A stretch of 64,000 nt of DNA from an uncultured Erysipelotrichaceae bacterium (GCA_902795215.1 CADBKG010000010.1:139-64138); one strand, 5' to 3'. Positions 30,900-41,403 are shown, numbered from the stretch's first letter. Notes: a model not told the origin generated them from the letters alone. A program made the numbers and translations.

Positions 30900-31247
30900 T
30901 TAGTCTTTAGGTTTACAAATCAAACTAACAATGAATCCAAATATTACAGTGGCCGTTATGCCCCCACTAGTAGTTTTTAACATACTCATAAATAATCCCA
31001 AAACACCACTTTCTTTAAAACCTTGATATGCCGAAAGATATAGTGCATTACCAAATGAAGTGATAGGAAGATTAAATCCATACCCAAAACTATCAATAGT
31101 ATCATATATTCCTAAAAAGCCAAGTATAGAACCAATTATTACAAATAAACTAGTTATATGTCCTATAGTTAATTTAGAATTATCATATATAATAGATGCT
31201 ATAGCGCATATTATTCCTACAAATATAAATGAATAAAAATATCTCAA
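30900..31247 (-). CDS. spoVAE: stage V sporulation protein AE (SpoVAEb)
   Basis: F...G.IC.I, G...PITSFG, GGI.A...FG, KPK; TTG start with GGAGG. Confidence 0.85.
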   Translation of the reverse strand: MRYFYSFIFVGIICAIASIIYDNSKLTIGHITSLFVIIGSILGFLGIYDTIDSFGYGFNLPITSFGNALYLSAYQGFKESGVLGLFMSMLKTTSGGITATVIFGFIVSLICKPKD

Positions 31248-32188
31248 TTTAAAACCTCCAAACTAACTATATGACTAATGGAAGGAACGCTTCTTTTTGA
31301 ATTAACCATTGATACATTATGTAAAGACCCTGTTCCAATAATTAAAATGTGTTTATATTTATTTTGTTTTATAATTTTCTCAGTTAAAAATAATGGTAAA
31401 CAAACAGGACCACTTCCACCCATTAAAGATAGGTTTTCATCAGTTATTATCATACTTCCTGCATCTATATAGTTTTGTAATGTAATGTCATTTTCTAAAA
31501 GAATCTCTTCAAATAATTTACTGCCTATTTTTCCTAAATCCCCTGTGATTACTAAATCATAATAACTGATATCTCTTTTTAAATCTTTTAAATGAGTAAT
31601 TAAAGTAGAGGCTGCACTTGGTGCCATAACAGCGCCTATATTTTTAACATCTACAAAATTATAATCTACTACTTTTCCAATTGTACAAGATTCGATTTTT
31701 ATATTCGATTTACTTTTTGTAATTTGTGAAATAACAGAGGAAGTTAAAGTATATGTTTCACACTTTTTTCTTAAACTTCCATATTCTATAGGATATCTAT
31801 AGCTTTTTTCTGCAGTTTTATTATGACTACTAACTATAACTCCAATATTTTTGATTTTAGAATCAAGTAATTTAGACGCAATTATTATTCCTTCTGGGTA
31901 ACTTGCACATGCATTATATATTCCTAAAAATGGTATATTATAGTTAGCCATAGTTTTAGAAGTTATTGCTATTTGATTTGATAGATCTGCCCCTATAATT
32001 AAATCTAAATTTATACTTTTTAACATGTCATCAATTATTATTCTTTCTTGTTTTTCTTCAGCCTCTTCAAAAGTTTTTTCACCATTGTAATAATCCTTAA
32101 TAGTACGTTTTGTAAAGATTTTTTCATCATTTGATGATATAGATACACTTTTTCCAAGATATATATTATTAAACCTTATACTAGCCAT
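31244..32188 (-). CDS. spoVAD: stage V sporulation protein AD (divergent)
   Basis: DL.NQ, P.LG.Y.AC, YRYP.EYG, GAVMAP.A, YDL.ITGDLG..G, GGSG; start ATG 32188. Confidence 0.85.
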   Translation of the reverse strand: MASIRFNNIYLGKSVSISSNDEKIFTKRTIKDYYNGEKTFEEAEEKQERIIIDDMLKSINLDLIIGADLSNQIAITSKTMANYNIPFLGIYNACASYPEGIIIASKLLDSKIKNIGVIVSSHNKTAEKSYRYPIEYGSLRKKCETYTLTSSVISQITKSKSNIKIESCTIGKVVDYNFVDVKNIGAVMAPSAASTLITHLKDLKRDISYYDLVITGDLGKIGSKLFEEILLENDITLQNYIDAGSMIITDENLSLMGGSGPVCLPLFLTEKIIKQNKYKHILIIGTGSLHNVSMVNSKRSVPSISHIVSLEVLN

Positions 32189-32618
32189 AAAATACTCCTT
32201 TAATAAGTGCAAGTAGAAAAGCGGATACAATACCGTATAAAATGACCGCCCCTGCAAGTTTAAACATATTTGCACCAAGTCCAGTAATAGTTCCTTCATT
32301 TTTATAATCCATCAGACTACTTGCAACAGAGGAAGCAAAACCTGTAATTGGTATTAATAAACCAAATCTATATTTTTTTACTAAATCATCAAAACTTCCA
32401 AGTCCAGTAAGTATTACAGCAATGAAAATAAAAGTTATAGTCATTAATGTTAATGCTGAAGATTCTTCCAAATATAGAATTTTCATATATATATTTGTTA
32501 ATGCTTCTGCCATAAGTCCAAGTACTCCACCAGATAAAAACGAAATAAATGTATTTTTTAATGTATTTTCTTTTAAAGTGTTTTCTTTAACAAGTTTTAA
32601 ATATTTATCTTCTGTCAT
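32181..32618 (-). CDS. spoVAC: stage V sporulation protein AC
   Basis: F..GG, PITGFA, G.G.NMFKLAG.VI.YG. Confidence 0.88.
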   Translation of the reverse strand: MTEDKYLKLVKENTLKENTLKNTFISFLSGGVLGLMAEALTNIYMKILYLEESSALTLMTITFIFIAVILTGLGSFDDLVKKYRFGLLIPITGFASSVASSLMDYKNEGTITGLGANMFKLAGAVILYGIVSAFLLALIKGVFYG

Positions 32619-32633
32619 AAAATTCACCATTAT

Positions 32634-32662
32634 TATTTTGATGAGTTTTAATTTATTTATAC
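32634..32662 (-). promoter_or_regulatory. SigG/SigF-type promoter of the spoVA operon
   Basis: GTATA-17 nt-CAAAATA. Confidence 0.6.
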
Positions 32663-33276
32663 TATCCCTTAATATATGTTTTTATTTTTTCTTTACTTTT
32701 AGATTCAATTCTACTTACTTTAGATTGTGATATTCCAAGTCTTCTAGCTGTTTCTTCTTGAGTATAATCACTTATAAATCTTTCTTTTATTATTTTCTTT
32801 TCTAAATCATTTAATTTACTTAAACTAGATTTTAAAAGAATAAGATTATCTAAATTACTATTTTCACTTACATATGTATTTTCTTCTATAGGTACGTAAT
32901 CACTAGATGAATTAATTATATCCATAACTAGATTAACATCTATGTTTAAATAATCACAAACCTCATTTAAACTAACTTCTCTATTATTCTTTTGAGAAAG
33001 CATTTCTTTTGTCTTTAAAACTTCTTTATATAGTCTCTTCATATTCTTGTTTACAAAAACATTTTTACTTTTGCTTTCACACTCATACATCTCCCCATAA
33101 ATATAATCATATGCATAAGTTGAAAACGATGCACATTTATTTGGATCAAAATTTTTATATGCTTTTAATAATCCTACAAATCCAGCTTGAACTAAATCTT
33201 CTTTGCTAACACCGTAAAATCTATTTGACATTTTATAGATTAAATTTTGGTATTTAAGTAAAACTTCTGTATTCAT
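32662..33276 (-). CDS. divergent SigF/SigG-like sporulation sigma factor
   Basis: EDL.QAG..GL.KA..NFD, FSTYA...I.GE, TQ.E.A..LGISQ..VSR.E; occupies the sigF position upstream of spoVA. Confidence 0.8.
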   Translation of the reverse strand: MNTEVLLKYQNLIYKMSNRFYGVSKEDLVQAGFVGLLKAYKNFDPNKCASFSTYAYDYIYGEMYECESKSKNVFVNKNMKRLYKEVLKTKEMLSQKNNREVSLNEVCDYLNIDVNLVMDIINSSSDYVPIEENTYVSENSNLDNLILLKSSLSKLNDLEKKIIKERFISDYTQEETARRLGISQSKVSRIESKSKEKIKTYIKG

Positions 33277-33329
33277 TATTTCTCCTTTCCAAGAAAAATA
33301 TAATAAAAAAAGAATATGTTTTAAACATA

Positions 33330-33336
33330 TTCGACA
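33330..33336 (-). promoter_or_regulatory. Spo0A box upstream of the sigF-like gene
   Basis: Perfect TGTCGAA, 54 bp upstream of the start codon. Confidence 0.6.
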
Positions 33337-33377
33337 TATTCTTTACTTTATTTACAATGTAAAAATGTAAATAAGTG

Positions 33378-33575
33378 TTAATCTTCTATATGATTAAATA
33401 AAAGACCAACATTAATTAAGCCTGTAATTCCAACTAGTGTATAAATTAGTCTAGATAGAATAGTACCGTCACCAAATAAAGCATCAACTAAATTAAAGTC
33501 AAGTAATCCAACTAAACCCCAATTTATTGCACCTACTATAGTTAGAATAAGAGCGCATTTTTGTAGTGTTTCCAT
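33378..33575 (-). CDS. DUF378 family membrane protein (YuzA-like)
   Basis: IVGAINWGLVG...FNLV..LFG...SR.IY.LVG. Confidence 0.9.
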   Translation of the reverse strand: METLQKCALILTIVGAINWGLVGLLDFNLVDALFGDGTILSRLIYTLVGITGLINVGLLFNHIED

Positions 33576-33595
33576 ATTCAATCCTTTCTTTTATG

Positions 33596-33624
33596 TATTA
33601 TGATTATTATTTTTCATTTTATAC
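33596..33624 (-). promoter_or_regulatory. SigG-type promoter of the DUF378 gene
   Basis: GTATA-17 nt-CATAATA, matching the forespore sigma consensus. Confidence 0.7.
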
Positions 33625-33628
33625 ACAT

Positions 33629-34381
33629 CTATCTTGAATATGTTTTCAAATCTAATCTTAATTTGTCAGCGACTGTTGCTATAAACTCACTATTTGTAGG
33701 TTTTGCTCTATCATAATCTACACTGTGACCAAAGAGTTCTTCCATATATTCATAGTCCCCTCTGTTCCAGCTTACCTCAATTGCATGTCTAATTGCTCTT
33801 TCGACTCTAGAGGATGTTGTATTAAAAGTATTTGCAACTTCAGGATATAATTCTTTTGTTATTCCTCCTATTATATAAGGATTACGATATATAAGCATAA
33901 TACTTTCTCTTATATATTGGTAACCCTTAATATGCGAAGGAACTCCTAAGGAATGAAGCATCTTAGTAATCTTTCCTTCTAGATTACCATTTTCTTTATT
34001 AATTTTTTTATTAAATATTGATCCAATAACATCACTTAAATCAACAACACTATAAGGCTTTAAAAATATATATTCAACATTATAATTTGAAGCCTTATCA
34101 AATAGAATATTATTTCTAGTGCTGCAAGTTAATATAATTTTAAAATTACATCCTAGCTTTTCAAAATTATCTAAGAGTTTTAACCCATCCATATGAGGTA
34201 ATAAGTTATCCATTATTACTAGATCAATATCTTCATTCTTTTTTACTACGTCAATTGCTTCTTTTCCGTTTTTAGCAAAATATTTTACTTCGACTACTGT
34301 AGAACTTCCAAAATACTCCTTTACTTCTTTAATAACTTCTTCGTCATTATCAATAAGTAATGCGCGTATTTTATTATTCAT
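33629..34381 (-). CDS. spo0A: sporulation master regulator Spo0A
   Basis: Receiver domain (MD..LPHMDG) plus GVP.HIKGY.Y.R, ITKELYP, SRVERAIRHAIEV.W.RG, KPTNSEFIA. Confidence 0.97.
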   Translation of the reverse strand: MNNKIRALLIDNDEEVIKEVKEYFGSSTVVEVKYFAKNGKEAIDVVKKNEDIDLVIMDNLLPHMDGLKLLDNFEKLGCNFKIILTCSTRNNILFDKASNYNVEYIFLKPYSVVDLSDVIGSIFNKKINKENGNLEGKITKMLHSLGVPSHIKGYQYIRESIMLIYRNPYIIGGITKELYPEVANTFNTTSSRVERAIRHAIEVSWNRGDYEYMEELFGHSVDYDRAKPTNSEFIATVADKLRLDLKTYSR

Positions 34382-34453
34382 AAGCATCTCCTTTTTATTT
34401 TACCACGCAAGTATATTATATAACGTTATACACCAAAATACTAGAATATATTT

Positions 34454-34490
34454 TGTCTAATTATGTAAAGAGATGTCAATATTTGTCGAA
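34454..34490 (+). promoter_or_regulatory. tandem array of 0A-box-like heptamers upstream of spo0A
   Basis: TGTCTAA, TGTAAAG, TGTCAAT, TGTCGAA at an exact 10-bp period. Confidence 0.6.
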
Positions 34491-34492
34491 TT

Positions 34493-35665
34493 TTATGAAA
34501 AGTAATTTATTGCTGTGTAAAGTTGTAAATCTATATCAATATTAGAAATATTATATATCTTTTTATCTAAATCTATCTTTACATCTGGTTTAATGCCTTT
34601 TTCATCTATATTTTTTTTATTAGGCATAAGCCAAAATGCACTTGTATATTTAACGCTTGTGTTTTCAAAAGATAGTTTTTCTTGTACTCTTCCTTTTCCA
34701 AATGAAGTATCACCAATTAGAGTTGCCCCATATGAATATTTTAATGCACCAGCGAGTACTTCGGAAGCTGAAGCTGATTTTGAATTGATTAAAACCCCGA
34801 TATTATATTTTCTTTTTTCACTTGTAGTATCTTTTACTTTAATTAAATCATCTTTAGTTTTTAAATAATACATTACCTTACCTTTATTTAAAAATAACTC
34901 TATTATTTTTTCAGCTTGACTTAAATATCCACCACCATTATTTCTAACATCGATAATTAGTGAGTCAATATTGCTTTTTTCTAATTTTTCTAGGTTACTT
35001 TTAAATTGCTTGTAAGAATCTTCATTAAATGTACTTAGTGAAATATATCCAATAGTTTTATTATTGTTTTCAAATACTTTATATGTTGATACTTCTTTAT
35101 ATAAAACTTTAGTTTTAACATCAAATGATAATAAATCACTCCCCCTTTTAACAGTTAGATTAACCATTTCTTTGGTAGATATTAATTTGGATATTTCGTT
35201 TGTGTTTTTATCTTTAATATCTTCTAAATCTACTTGCGTAATTATATCGTCCTCTAAAAGGCCTACTTCCTTAGCGGGAGTATTATCAAATACTTTAGCT
35301 ATTTTTATACCTTCTTTTACTTTTTCAACTTCTATTCCTATCCCGTTATAGTTACCGCTTAGCATATTATCTAATCTTTCGTTACTTTCTTCATCCAAAT
35401 ATGAAGTATATGGATCATTTACTTTTTCATACATTCCATTTAATGCACCATCTATTAACTCTTTATCACTTATATCTTCAAAGTAGTTATCTTTTAAATT
35501 TCCATACGCCGTTACAAATTTATTTAAGTTTTCATCTGATCGTACTAGTGAAGTGTTTAAATCATCAAGATTTTTGTACACTAAAACTCCCCCTAGCATA
35601 CTCATAACTAGAGATGTAATAATTACAATAATAATAACATCTAGTGCACTAAAAACTCTCTTCAT
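34493..35665 (-). CDS. S41 carboxyl-terminal processing protease (CtpA/CtpB-like)
   Basis: DPYT.Y, PDZ GIG, IDVRNNGGG, SASASE, SFGKG.VQ, GIKPD. Confidence 0.92.
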   Translation of the reverse strand: MKRVFSALDVIIIVIITSLVMSMLGGVLVYKNLDDLNTSLVRSDENLNKFVTAYGNLKDNYFEDISDKELIDGALNGMYEKVNDPYTSYLDEESNERLDNMLSGNYNGIGIEVEKVKEGIKIAKVFDNTPAKEVGLLEDDIITQVDLEDIKDKNTNEISKLISTKEMVNLTVKRGSDLLSFDVKTKVLYKEVSTYKVFENNNKTIGYISLSTFNEDSYKQFKSNLEKLEKSNIDSLIIDVRNNGGGYLSQAEKIIELFLNKGKVMYYLKTKDDLIKVKDTTSEKRKYNIGVLINSKSASASEVLAGALKYSYGATLIGDTSFGKGRVQEKLSFENTSVKYTSAFWLMPNKKNIDEKGIKPDVKIDLDKKIYNISNIDIDLQLYTAINYFS

Positions 35666-35741
35666 AAAACACCTTGGCATATACTATAACATAACTTCAA
35701 AAAATTTACTATTTAAAAAGAAAAAAATAACACAAAAAGTG

Positions 35742-36248
35742 TTATTTTAAAATATTCATAATTGCGTCTTCAGTATCATAGTAGTTAACTATTTTACCAT
35801 TTTTAATTTCTATTAATGTTGGATCTTTAATTGATAATTCACTTGTATTTGCTGCTTTTTTATTGCTCTTATCACTAACATATTTTTTATTAATTGCTAG
35901 ATTTAAATCCATACTATAAATTTTTTTATTACTAGACTCATTTTGATATGTTGATAAAATATTTCCATAATAGTTTGCATTATCTCCTTTAGTATCATAA
36001 GCGAATACATAGTAATTATCATAAGGTCTATTAAATACATTTCCAGCATTTACACTTGTATAACTAATAGTTGTTTCTGTGCTTTCTGGAGTTGGATTAT
36101 CTACCTTTAGATATTTAACTGTCACAACATATAATAAAATTGTTACAATAATAACTCCAATTAGTATATATACAAACTTTTTAACAACATTTGTATCATC
36201 ATTTACTTGTTTAATTAATTTCTTTTCATCTGTATTTTTCTTTCTCAT
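35742..36248 (-). CDS. hypothetical single-TM protein (thioredoxin-like fold possible)
   Basis: TM, YYVF.Y, PTLI.IKNGKI. Confidence 0.7.
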   Translation of the reverse strand: MRKKNTDEKKLIKQVNDDTNVVKKFVYILIGVIIVTILLYVVTVKYLKVDNPTPESTETTISYTSVNAGNVFNRPYDNYYVFAYDTKGDNANYYGNILSTYQNESSNKKIYSMDLNLAINKKYVSDKSNKKAANTSELSIKDPTLIEIKNGKIVNYYDTEDAIMNILK

Positions 36249-36302
36249 TTTAACCACCCGAAGTAATTATATCAAAGTAAGCCTTAAAATGCAAAACAAA
36301 TA

Positions 36303-39300
36303 CTATGGTTCAACTTCACTAGATACATTATCAGTTTCACTAGTATCAATCACATAAGGGTTATTCTTGCTACCATCACCATCAGTATATTCTATCTCTG
36401 GTTTTAGAGAAACAACAGGACGAACACCAATATTACTACTAACTGTTAAAGCATCCTGAATACCTATGGTACCACTAGTACGAACAATTCTATTATAACT
36501 AGCAGTTTCCATATAAGCAAATGGTGTTCCTGTCCAATAATTTTGATTTGTTTTTATTATATTATTATTTATTAACAAACCCATTTCAGCATTTGTGGGT
36601 AAACCGATTGGATAATTCAATTTTGCCATTTCATTTTTTATACTAAATCTATTTATATTACTAATACAATTTAAATTTTTTGTTGATGTTGCGTTTTTGA
36701 AGTTTAGTCTGTCTTTAACATTTCCACCATTTGGGTCCCATCCTCCATATGACAGAATACTTCTATCATTACAATAAATTGTATCTTCTAAATAACTATT
36801 GTAATTTATTAGATTCGCTGCATACCAAGCCTCAACTTCCAATTTTATATTTGAATCCGTTTTATTTACATTTTCAGCACTTAACATTTCTATTAATGCA
36901 TCATTTATGTTTTTCCCATCCTTTAATGTTATATAAAAAGCAGCATAATTATACATCAAATATATATATTTTAACTCATCGCATCTGCCGCTGGTATTAA
37001 AACAAGTATAATGATTCTTATTTGTTAAACCATAATTCTCGTTCCATTCCCAAAAATTAACTTTATTTGACAATTCAGTATCTTTAAGTATGTACTCATA
37101 TTTATTTGTTTCTTCATTTAATACATAATCAAAATCATTCCCATATAAATAATTATTTACTATTTTTTCAGCATTGTATGTTTGAATTGCTGTTGTTCTT
37201 GTATATATTGGATCATTGCACGGATTTGATCCTATGCATATATACTTGTTTTTACTTTCTGGATATTCTGTTATCCATTCAGATTTTTTATATGTTTTTA
37301 CTTGTGATTCATCTTCATTTTTAATTGTATATGTCCCATCGCCATTATCATCATAACTATCACCCACATAGAATATTGGATTTACATCTTCTAGAGTTTG
37401 CCCATTTTTAAGTTCTAAATAATATATATATTCTCCAACTACTCCTACTATATATCTAATTTTTTCCAAATTTGCATCTGGATTTGGGTTTGAAAATGTA
37501 TATGTGCCTTTAAGTACTTCATTACAATTTCCGGAATTAATACATTCTTCAGCAGTAAATCGTTCATCTCCATCTGTCCCAGGATTATCATATAATTTAT
37601 ATCTATTCACACTACTTTGATTGTATTCGTATTCTTTAGAAAAATAATGTGCTTTATTTATAGTTATTCTTCCATAGATAGTAGTCTGTGGTGAAAAATA
37701 ATAGGTAGATGGTGTATAAATACTATTATACATATAGCCAGCATATCCTAGAGAGTTACTATTAGAATTAAATTTACTAGTCCCTATTTGTTGTGCTGTT
37801 CCTGTATTATTACATGTTCCACTTGAATCTGGAATACCGTTATATAAAAGTTTGACACCACCTGTGTCTGTAGTACGTAGTATTTGCCAACAGAACCCTC
37901 CAAATATCACATTAAATTTATTTAATATTTCCTCTGCCTGTTGATTAGCTATAGTTGCATTTGTAGACGTTGTTGCATAGTGGTATATCTTTTCTGTTCC
38001 ACTTCGATCATATGCATCGGCATGTTCTCCTGTATATTCAGCAGCATATGTTCCAATCTTCGCTTCATTTTCTACTACTTTATATAAAGTGGTTTTTTCA
38101 TTTATTTTTCCATCCATTGATTTATTAACAGATTGTCTTGTCCATATAGCTCGGATATGTACATCACTTTCAGGCATTATAAATGTATCATCATTTATTT
38201 TTGTTACATTTTCTTCTATGTCCCAGCCCTTAAAGATGTAACCACTACATGAAAGTTCTATATCTTTTTTTGTTACTTTATCAAATACAAAATGATTTTC
38301 ACTTTCTATTTCTTCTAAGTTACATTCTATAGGCGTGTTTACATCATAATAAACATCATAATTATTTTTAAGTATTGGTGTATCTGTACTTGATTTTGAT
38401 TTATTGACTCCACTTATTTTATAGTCTATATCAAGTTTTTTATTAGTTGGATAAAGACCTTTAGTATTTTGATATTCTTCTTTAAGCTTTAATTTGATAG
38501 TAAGTGTATCTTCACTTCCTGTTATAAATGAGTTATCTCTAAAGTTCCATTTTATTTTGTTATCATTTTCATTTTCTACTTCAAAGTAATCATCATTTAT
38601 ATAATCAGTTATATTTAGTTTTTCATAAACTTCTGGACTAACTGTTGCTTCAAATAATACGTTATTTAGTGAATCTATTTTTGCTGTCCATTGATTGTCT
38701 GATATATCATTAACAGAATTTGTTGTATCTCCCATTTCATATTCAACTGCATTTATTGTTATATATGGATATGTTTCTTTTAGTGATTCATATATACTTG
38801 TTGTTGCACCTGAGTTTATTGTTGGTACTCCATCTGTTAAAAATAGCACTACTAAATCTTTGCCACTTTCTTTTGAGTAGTTTTCTAAAACTGTTTCTAC
38901 ATTTTTATATGCTAGATAGTAGTTAGTTGCATCTTCTGTATGCATGTTATTAACTGCTTCAAGTAAAGTATTCTTATCATTTGTTAGTGGTGATAATATT
39001 CTAGAAGTAGATGCAAAAGAAATGATTGATACTTTGTTGTCTTCATCTTTATCAAGTACGTATTCTATAAGTTCTGAAGCATCTTCTTTTACTTTATCAA
39101 GTTTTTCGCCTTCCATAGAACCAGACACGTCAAATACTAAAACTATATCTTTTTTGTTATCTCCTGTTTTTCTTATTGTTTCTAATTTTAGATTTAATTC
39201 TGCCTCAGTTTTACTTATCCAGTGCGCTTCTTTTGTTACTTTTATTGAGCCTTCATTATCATAATCTTCTGTAGTTATTTCTACTTCTTTTATAGGTGTA

Positions 39301-39392
39301 TTTCCACTAAAGAAATTACTTGCTAGAGTTTTTATAAAGTTTTGTTTTGGTGAATTTATTGCAATTAACAATGCAAGCACTAAAAAAGCCAT
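36303..39392 (-). CDS. large VWA-domain surface protein; true N-terminus likely extends through the AGAC tract
   Basis: DIVLVFDVSGSM and LTDG (VWA MIDAS), InlB-B-like repeat (GYIFKGW..MP..DV.I.A.W), C-terminal GVRPVVSL..GDG....PY. Confidence 0.85.
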   Translation of the reverse strand: MAFLVLALLIAINSPKQNFIKTLASNFFSGNTPIKEVEITTEDYDNEGSIKVTKEAHWISKTEAELNLKLETIRKTGDNKKDIVLVFDVSGSMEGEKLDKVKEDASELIEYVLDKDEDNKVSIISFASTSRILSPLTNDKNTLLEAVNNMHTEDATNYYLAYKNVETVLENYSKESGKDLVVLFLTDGVPTINSGATTSIYESLKETYPYITINAVEYEMGDTTNSVNDISDNQWTAKIDSLNNVLFEATVSPEVYEKLNITDYINDDYFEVENENDNKIKWNFRDNSFITGSEDTLTIKLKLKEEYQNTKGLYPTNKKLDIDYKISGVNKSKSSTDTPILKNNYDVYYDVNTPIECNLEEIESENHFVFDKVTKKDIELSCSGYIFKGWDIEENVTKINDDTFIMPESDVHIRAIWTRQSVNKSMDGKINEKTTLYKVVENEAKIGTYAAEYTGEHADAYDRSGTEKIYHYATTSTNATIANQQAEEILNKFNVIFGGFCWQILRTTDTGGVKLLYNGIPDSSGTCNNTGTAQQIGTSKFNSNSNSLGYAGYMYNSIYTPSTYYFSPQTTIYGRITINKAHYFSKEYEYNQSSVNRYKLYDNPGTDGDERFTAEECINSGNCNEVLKGTYTFSNPNPDANLEKIRYIVGVVGEYIYYLELKNGQTLEDVNPIFYVGDSYDDNGDGTYTIKNEDESQVKTYKKSEWITEYPESKNKYICIGSNPCNDPIYTRTTAIQTYNAEKIVNNYLYGNDFDYVLNEETNKYEYILKDTELSNKVNFWEWNENYGLTNKNHYTCFNTSGRCDELKYIYLMYNYAAFYITLKDGKNINDALIEMLSAENVNKTDSNIKLEVEAWYAANLINYNSYLEDTIYCNDRSILSYGGWDPNGGNVKDRLNFKNATSTKNLNCISNINRFSIKNEMAKLNYPIGLPTNAEMGLLINNNIIKTNQNYWTGTPFAYMETASYNRIVRTSGTIGIQDALTVSSNIGVRPVVSLKPEIEYTDGDGSKNNPYVIDTSETDNVSSEVEP

Positions 39393-39444
39393 AGCAAAAA
39401 CAAGCCATTTTGCTATTGGCTTTCTATTTAAGAAGTTAGTTAAC

Positions 39445-39499
<55 letters not shown>

Positions 39500-39577
39500 C
39501 ATACTATCACCATATTCTTTAATCAATTATAGCATATTTGTTGGGAGTTTAAAAGCATAAAAAAACGCTTAGGGCGT

Positions 39578-40690
39578 TTATTTGTTATTTGTTATTTCAA
39601 CTACACTTGCAGTATTTAGTGATTCTGCAATAGTCATCATTTCTTCACTAGTTAAATATGAGCTAGAAATATAGTAATTAATTGTATCTGTTTGCCATTC
39701 AAGAGAATTATCACTTAAAGCTCCAACTGCAGAACTTAGTATAAGTGGCTCACCATAAATACTAGTAACTTCCATTTCCTTCGATGCTTTACTAAGTTCT
39801 TCTATAATCATAAATGGTTTACTGCCAGTGTAGGTCATTATTACTCTATCTCCATTATCAGTTTCAACTGTATCTTTTGTTTGAAGATGGGTATCTTTAG
39901 GTAAATATAATGGATATACTACGTTTTCAAGTATACTTGTTTCTTTTGCGTTTTCATCTTTATTCTTATTTTCTTCCATGCTCTCTGTATTTTCTGTGCT
40001 TTCAGTACTTTCTACACTCTCAGTACTTTCTGTGCTTTCCTCTTTTGTCTTATTTTCTTCTTCTATTTGTTTGGTATCAACAAGAGAATCTAATTTAAAT
40101 GTATCATTATCAAATCTAGTTGAATATTTTATTTTATTAAATTGCATTTTTATTATTGTATTTCCTTCACTATTTAATACTTCAACTTTTTTAAGATTAT
40201 TATTTTTATCAAAATAGATTTTTTCTTGTTTTAAACTATTATTATTTGGATAATCAACATCTACTTTTACTATTTTATAGTCTTTTTCTTTAGTTACTTC
40301 TGGTTTTTTAGTATCTTTAATATCTTTAACAAGTGATTTTAATAAATAACTTTGACTAGAATTATCGGGCCACTTGCTTTGAAAACTAAAACTTTTATTC
40401 AATGCTGGTGTAACTACATAAGTTCCTTCATTATTTTTAAGAATTACTTGTTTATGTTCATTACTTTGATTGACTAAAGTTACTTTATAATAATCATCAT
40501 ACTTATAATTTACCTCGACATCATAATTATATGAATCCTCTCCGCTTACTAAAGTCATTTCTCCATTTAAGGTATATGATTTTGCGTTATCAACTTTCTT
40601 AGTAAAATCATCAATAACATTAGATTTACTACCACATCCACAAAGTATGGTTAATAAAAATGCTAAGACTAATCCTTTTATTTTATTCAT
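39578..40690 (-). CDS. YdcC-like sporulation lipoprotein (LolA-like domain)
   Basis: Lipobox LCGC, KQVILKN.EG.YV.TPALNKSF.FQS.WP.NSSQ.YL; internal EST repeats. Confidence 0.8.
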   Translation of the reverse strand: MNKIKGLVLAFLLTILCGCGSKSNVIDDFTKKVDNAKSYTLNGEMTLVSGEDSYNYDVEVNYKYDDYYKVTLVNQSNEHKQVILKNNEGTYVVTPALNKSFSFQSKWPDNSSQSYLLKSLVKDIKDTKKPEVTKEKDYKIVKVDVDYPNNNSLKQEKIYFDKNNNLKKVEVLNSEGNTIIKMQFNKIKYSTRFDNDTFKLDSLVDTKQIEEENKTKEESTESTESVESTESTENTESMEENKNKDENAKETSILENVVYPLYLPKDTHLQTKDTVETDNGDRVIMTYTGSKPFMIIEELSKASKEMEVTSIYGEPLILSSAVGALSDNSLEWQTDTINYYISSSYLTSEEMMTIAESLNTASVVEITNNK

Positions 40691-40755
40691 TAACTTCTTC
40701 CTCCTATATAATTCTATTTTTCTTGAAAAAAAATAGCACAAAAAAAAGAGCAAAA

Positions 40756-41403
40756 TCATTTTTGCTCTACTACATATAATTTATTATCTTGTTTTATAAG
40801 TATAACAGTTGCTTTTGTATCATATCCTAAATCCTCTTTATAATCGAATGTTAATTCTACTTCATATGAATCAAATTTTTCTCCTGATTTTGATTCTTTT
40901 GATTCATCAGATTTACCAAGTTCAAATTCGGATTCTTTTATGTTTTTTAACTTAATACTTGATACTTCCGGAAGATTTTGAGTTCTATTATTTGATTTAT
41001 CTTCCACATATTTATACATGGTGTCACGTACTTTTAATTCATAGTTTTCTCTAGCTGATTCAAGTACATACTCACTGCCACCAACATCATATTTACTGTT
41101 TTTATTTGTTATGGTATATAAATCTATAATATATAGTTTAGATAGATATTCAGCATATTTTTTATAATCGACATCTTTTTCGGACAATACTTCTTTTAAT
41201 TTATAGAAGTTATCTTTAAATAGTTTTGTATCTCTTTTTTCTAAAGTGTAATCATATCCTTTTATTTTTTCAACAGCTTTTGTTTCTTTCTTTTTAGTAA
41301 CATTCCCTGTTAGTTGTCCCCTATATAAATATAATACAACTCCAATACTAATTAATATTAATACTGCTAAAATTATTAATGTAACTTTCTTTTTTTTACT
41401 CAT
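40756..41403 (-). CDS. hypothetical single-TM protein
   Basis: Basic N-terminus, TM, YTITNK.SKYDVGG.EY; coupled to neighbours. Confidence 0.75.
   Translation of the reverse strand: MSKKKKVTLIILAVLILISIGVVLYLYRGQLTGNVTKKKETKAVEKIKGYDYTLEKRDTKLFKDNFYKLKEVLSEKDVDYKKYAEYLSKLYIIDLYTITNKNSKYDVGGSEYVLESARENYELKVRDTMYKYVEDKSNNRTQNLPEVSSIKLKNIKESEFELGKSDESKESKSGEKFDSYEVELTFDYKEDLGYDTKATVILIKQDNKLYVVEQK

Noticed and set aside
32189..32299. N-terminal extension of spoVAD in the ORF track
   Set aside because: Overlaps spoVAC; SD-supported ATG is at 32188
36303..36560. C-terminal GVRP motif of the VWA protein as a diversity-generating retroelement target
   Set aside because: No reverse transcriptase and no template-repeat copy seen in the window
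39975..40045. Degenerate 9-bp repeats in the YdcC-like gene
   Set aside because: Ordinary low-complexity EST linker; frame-preserving
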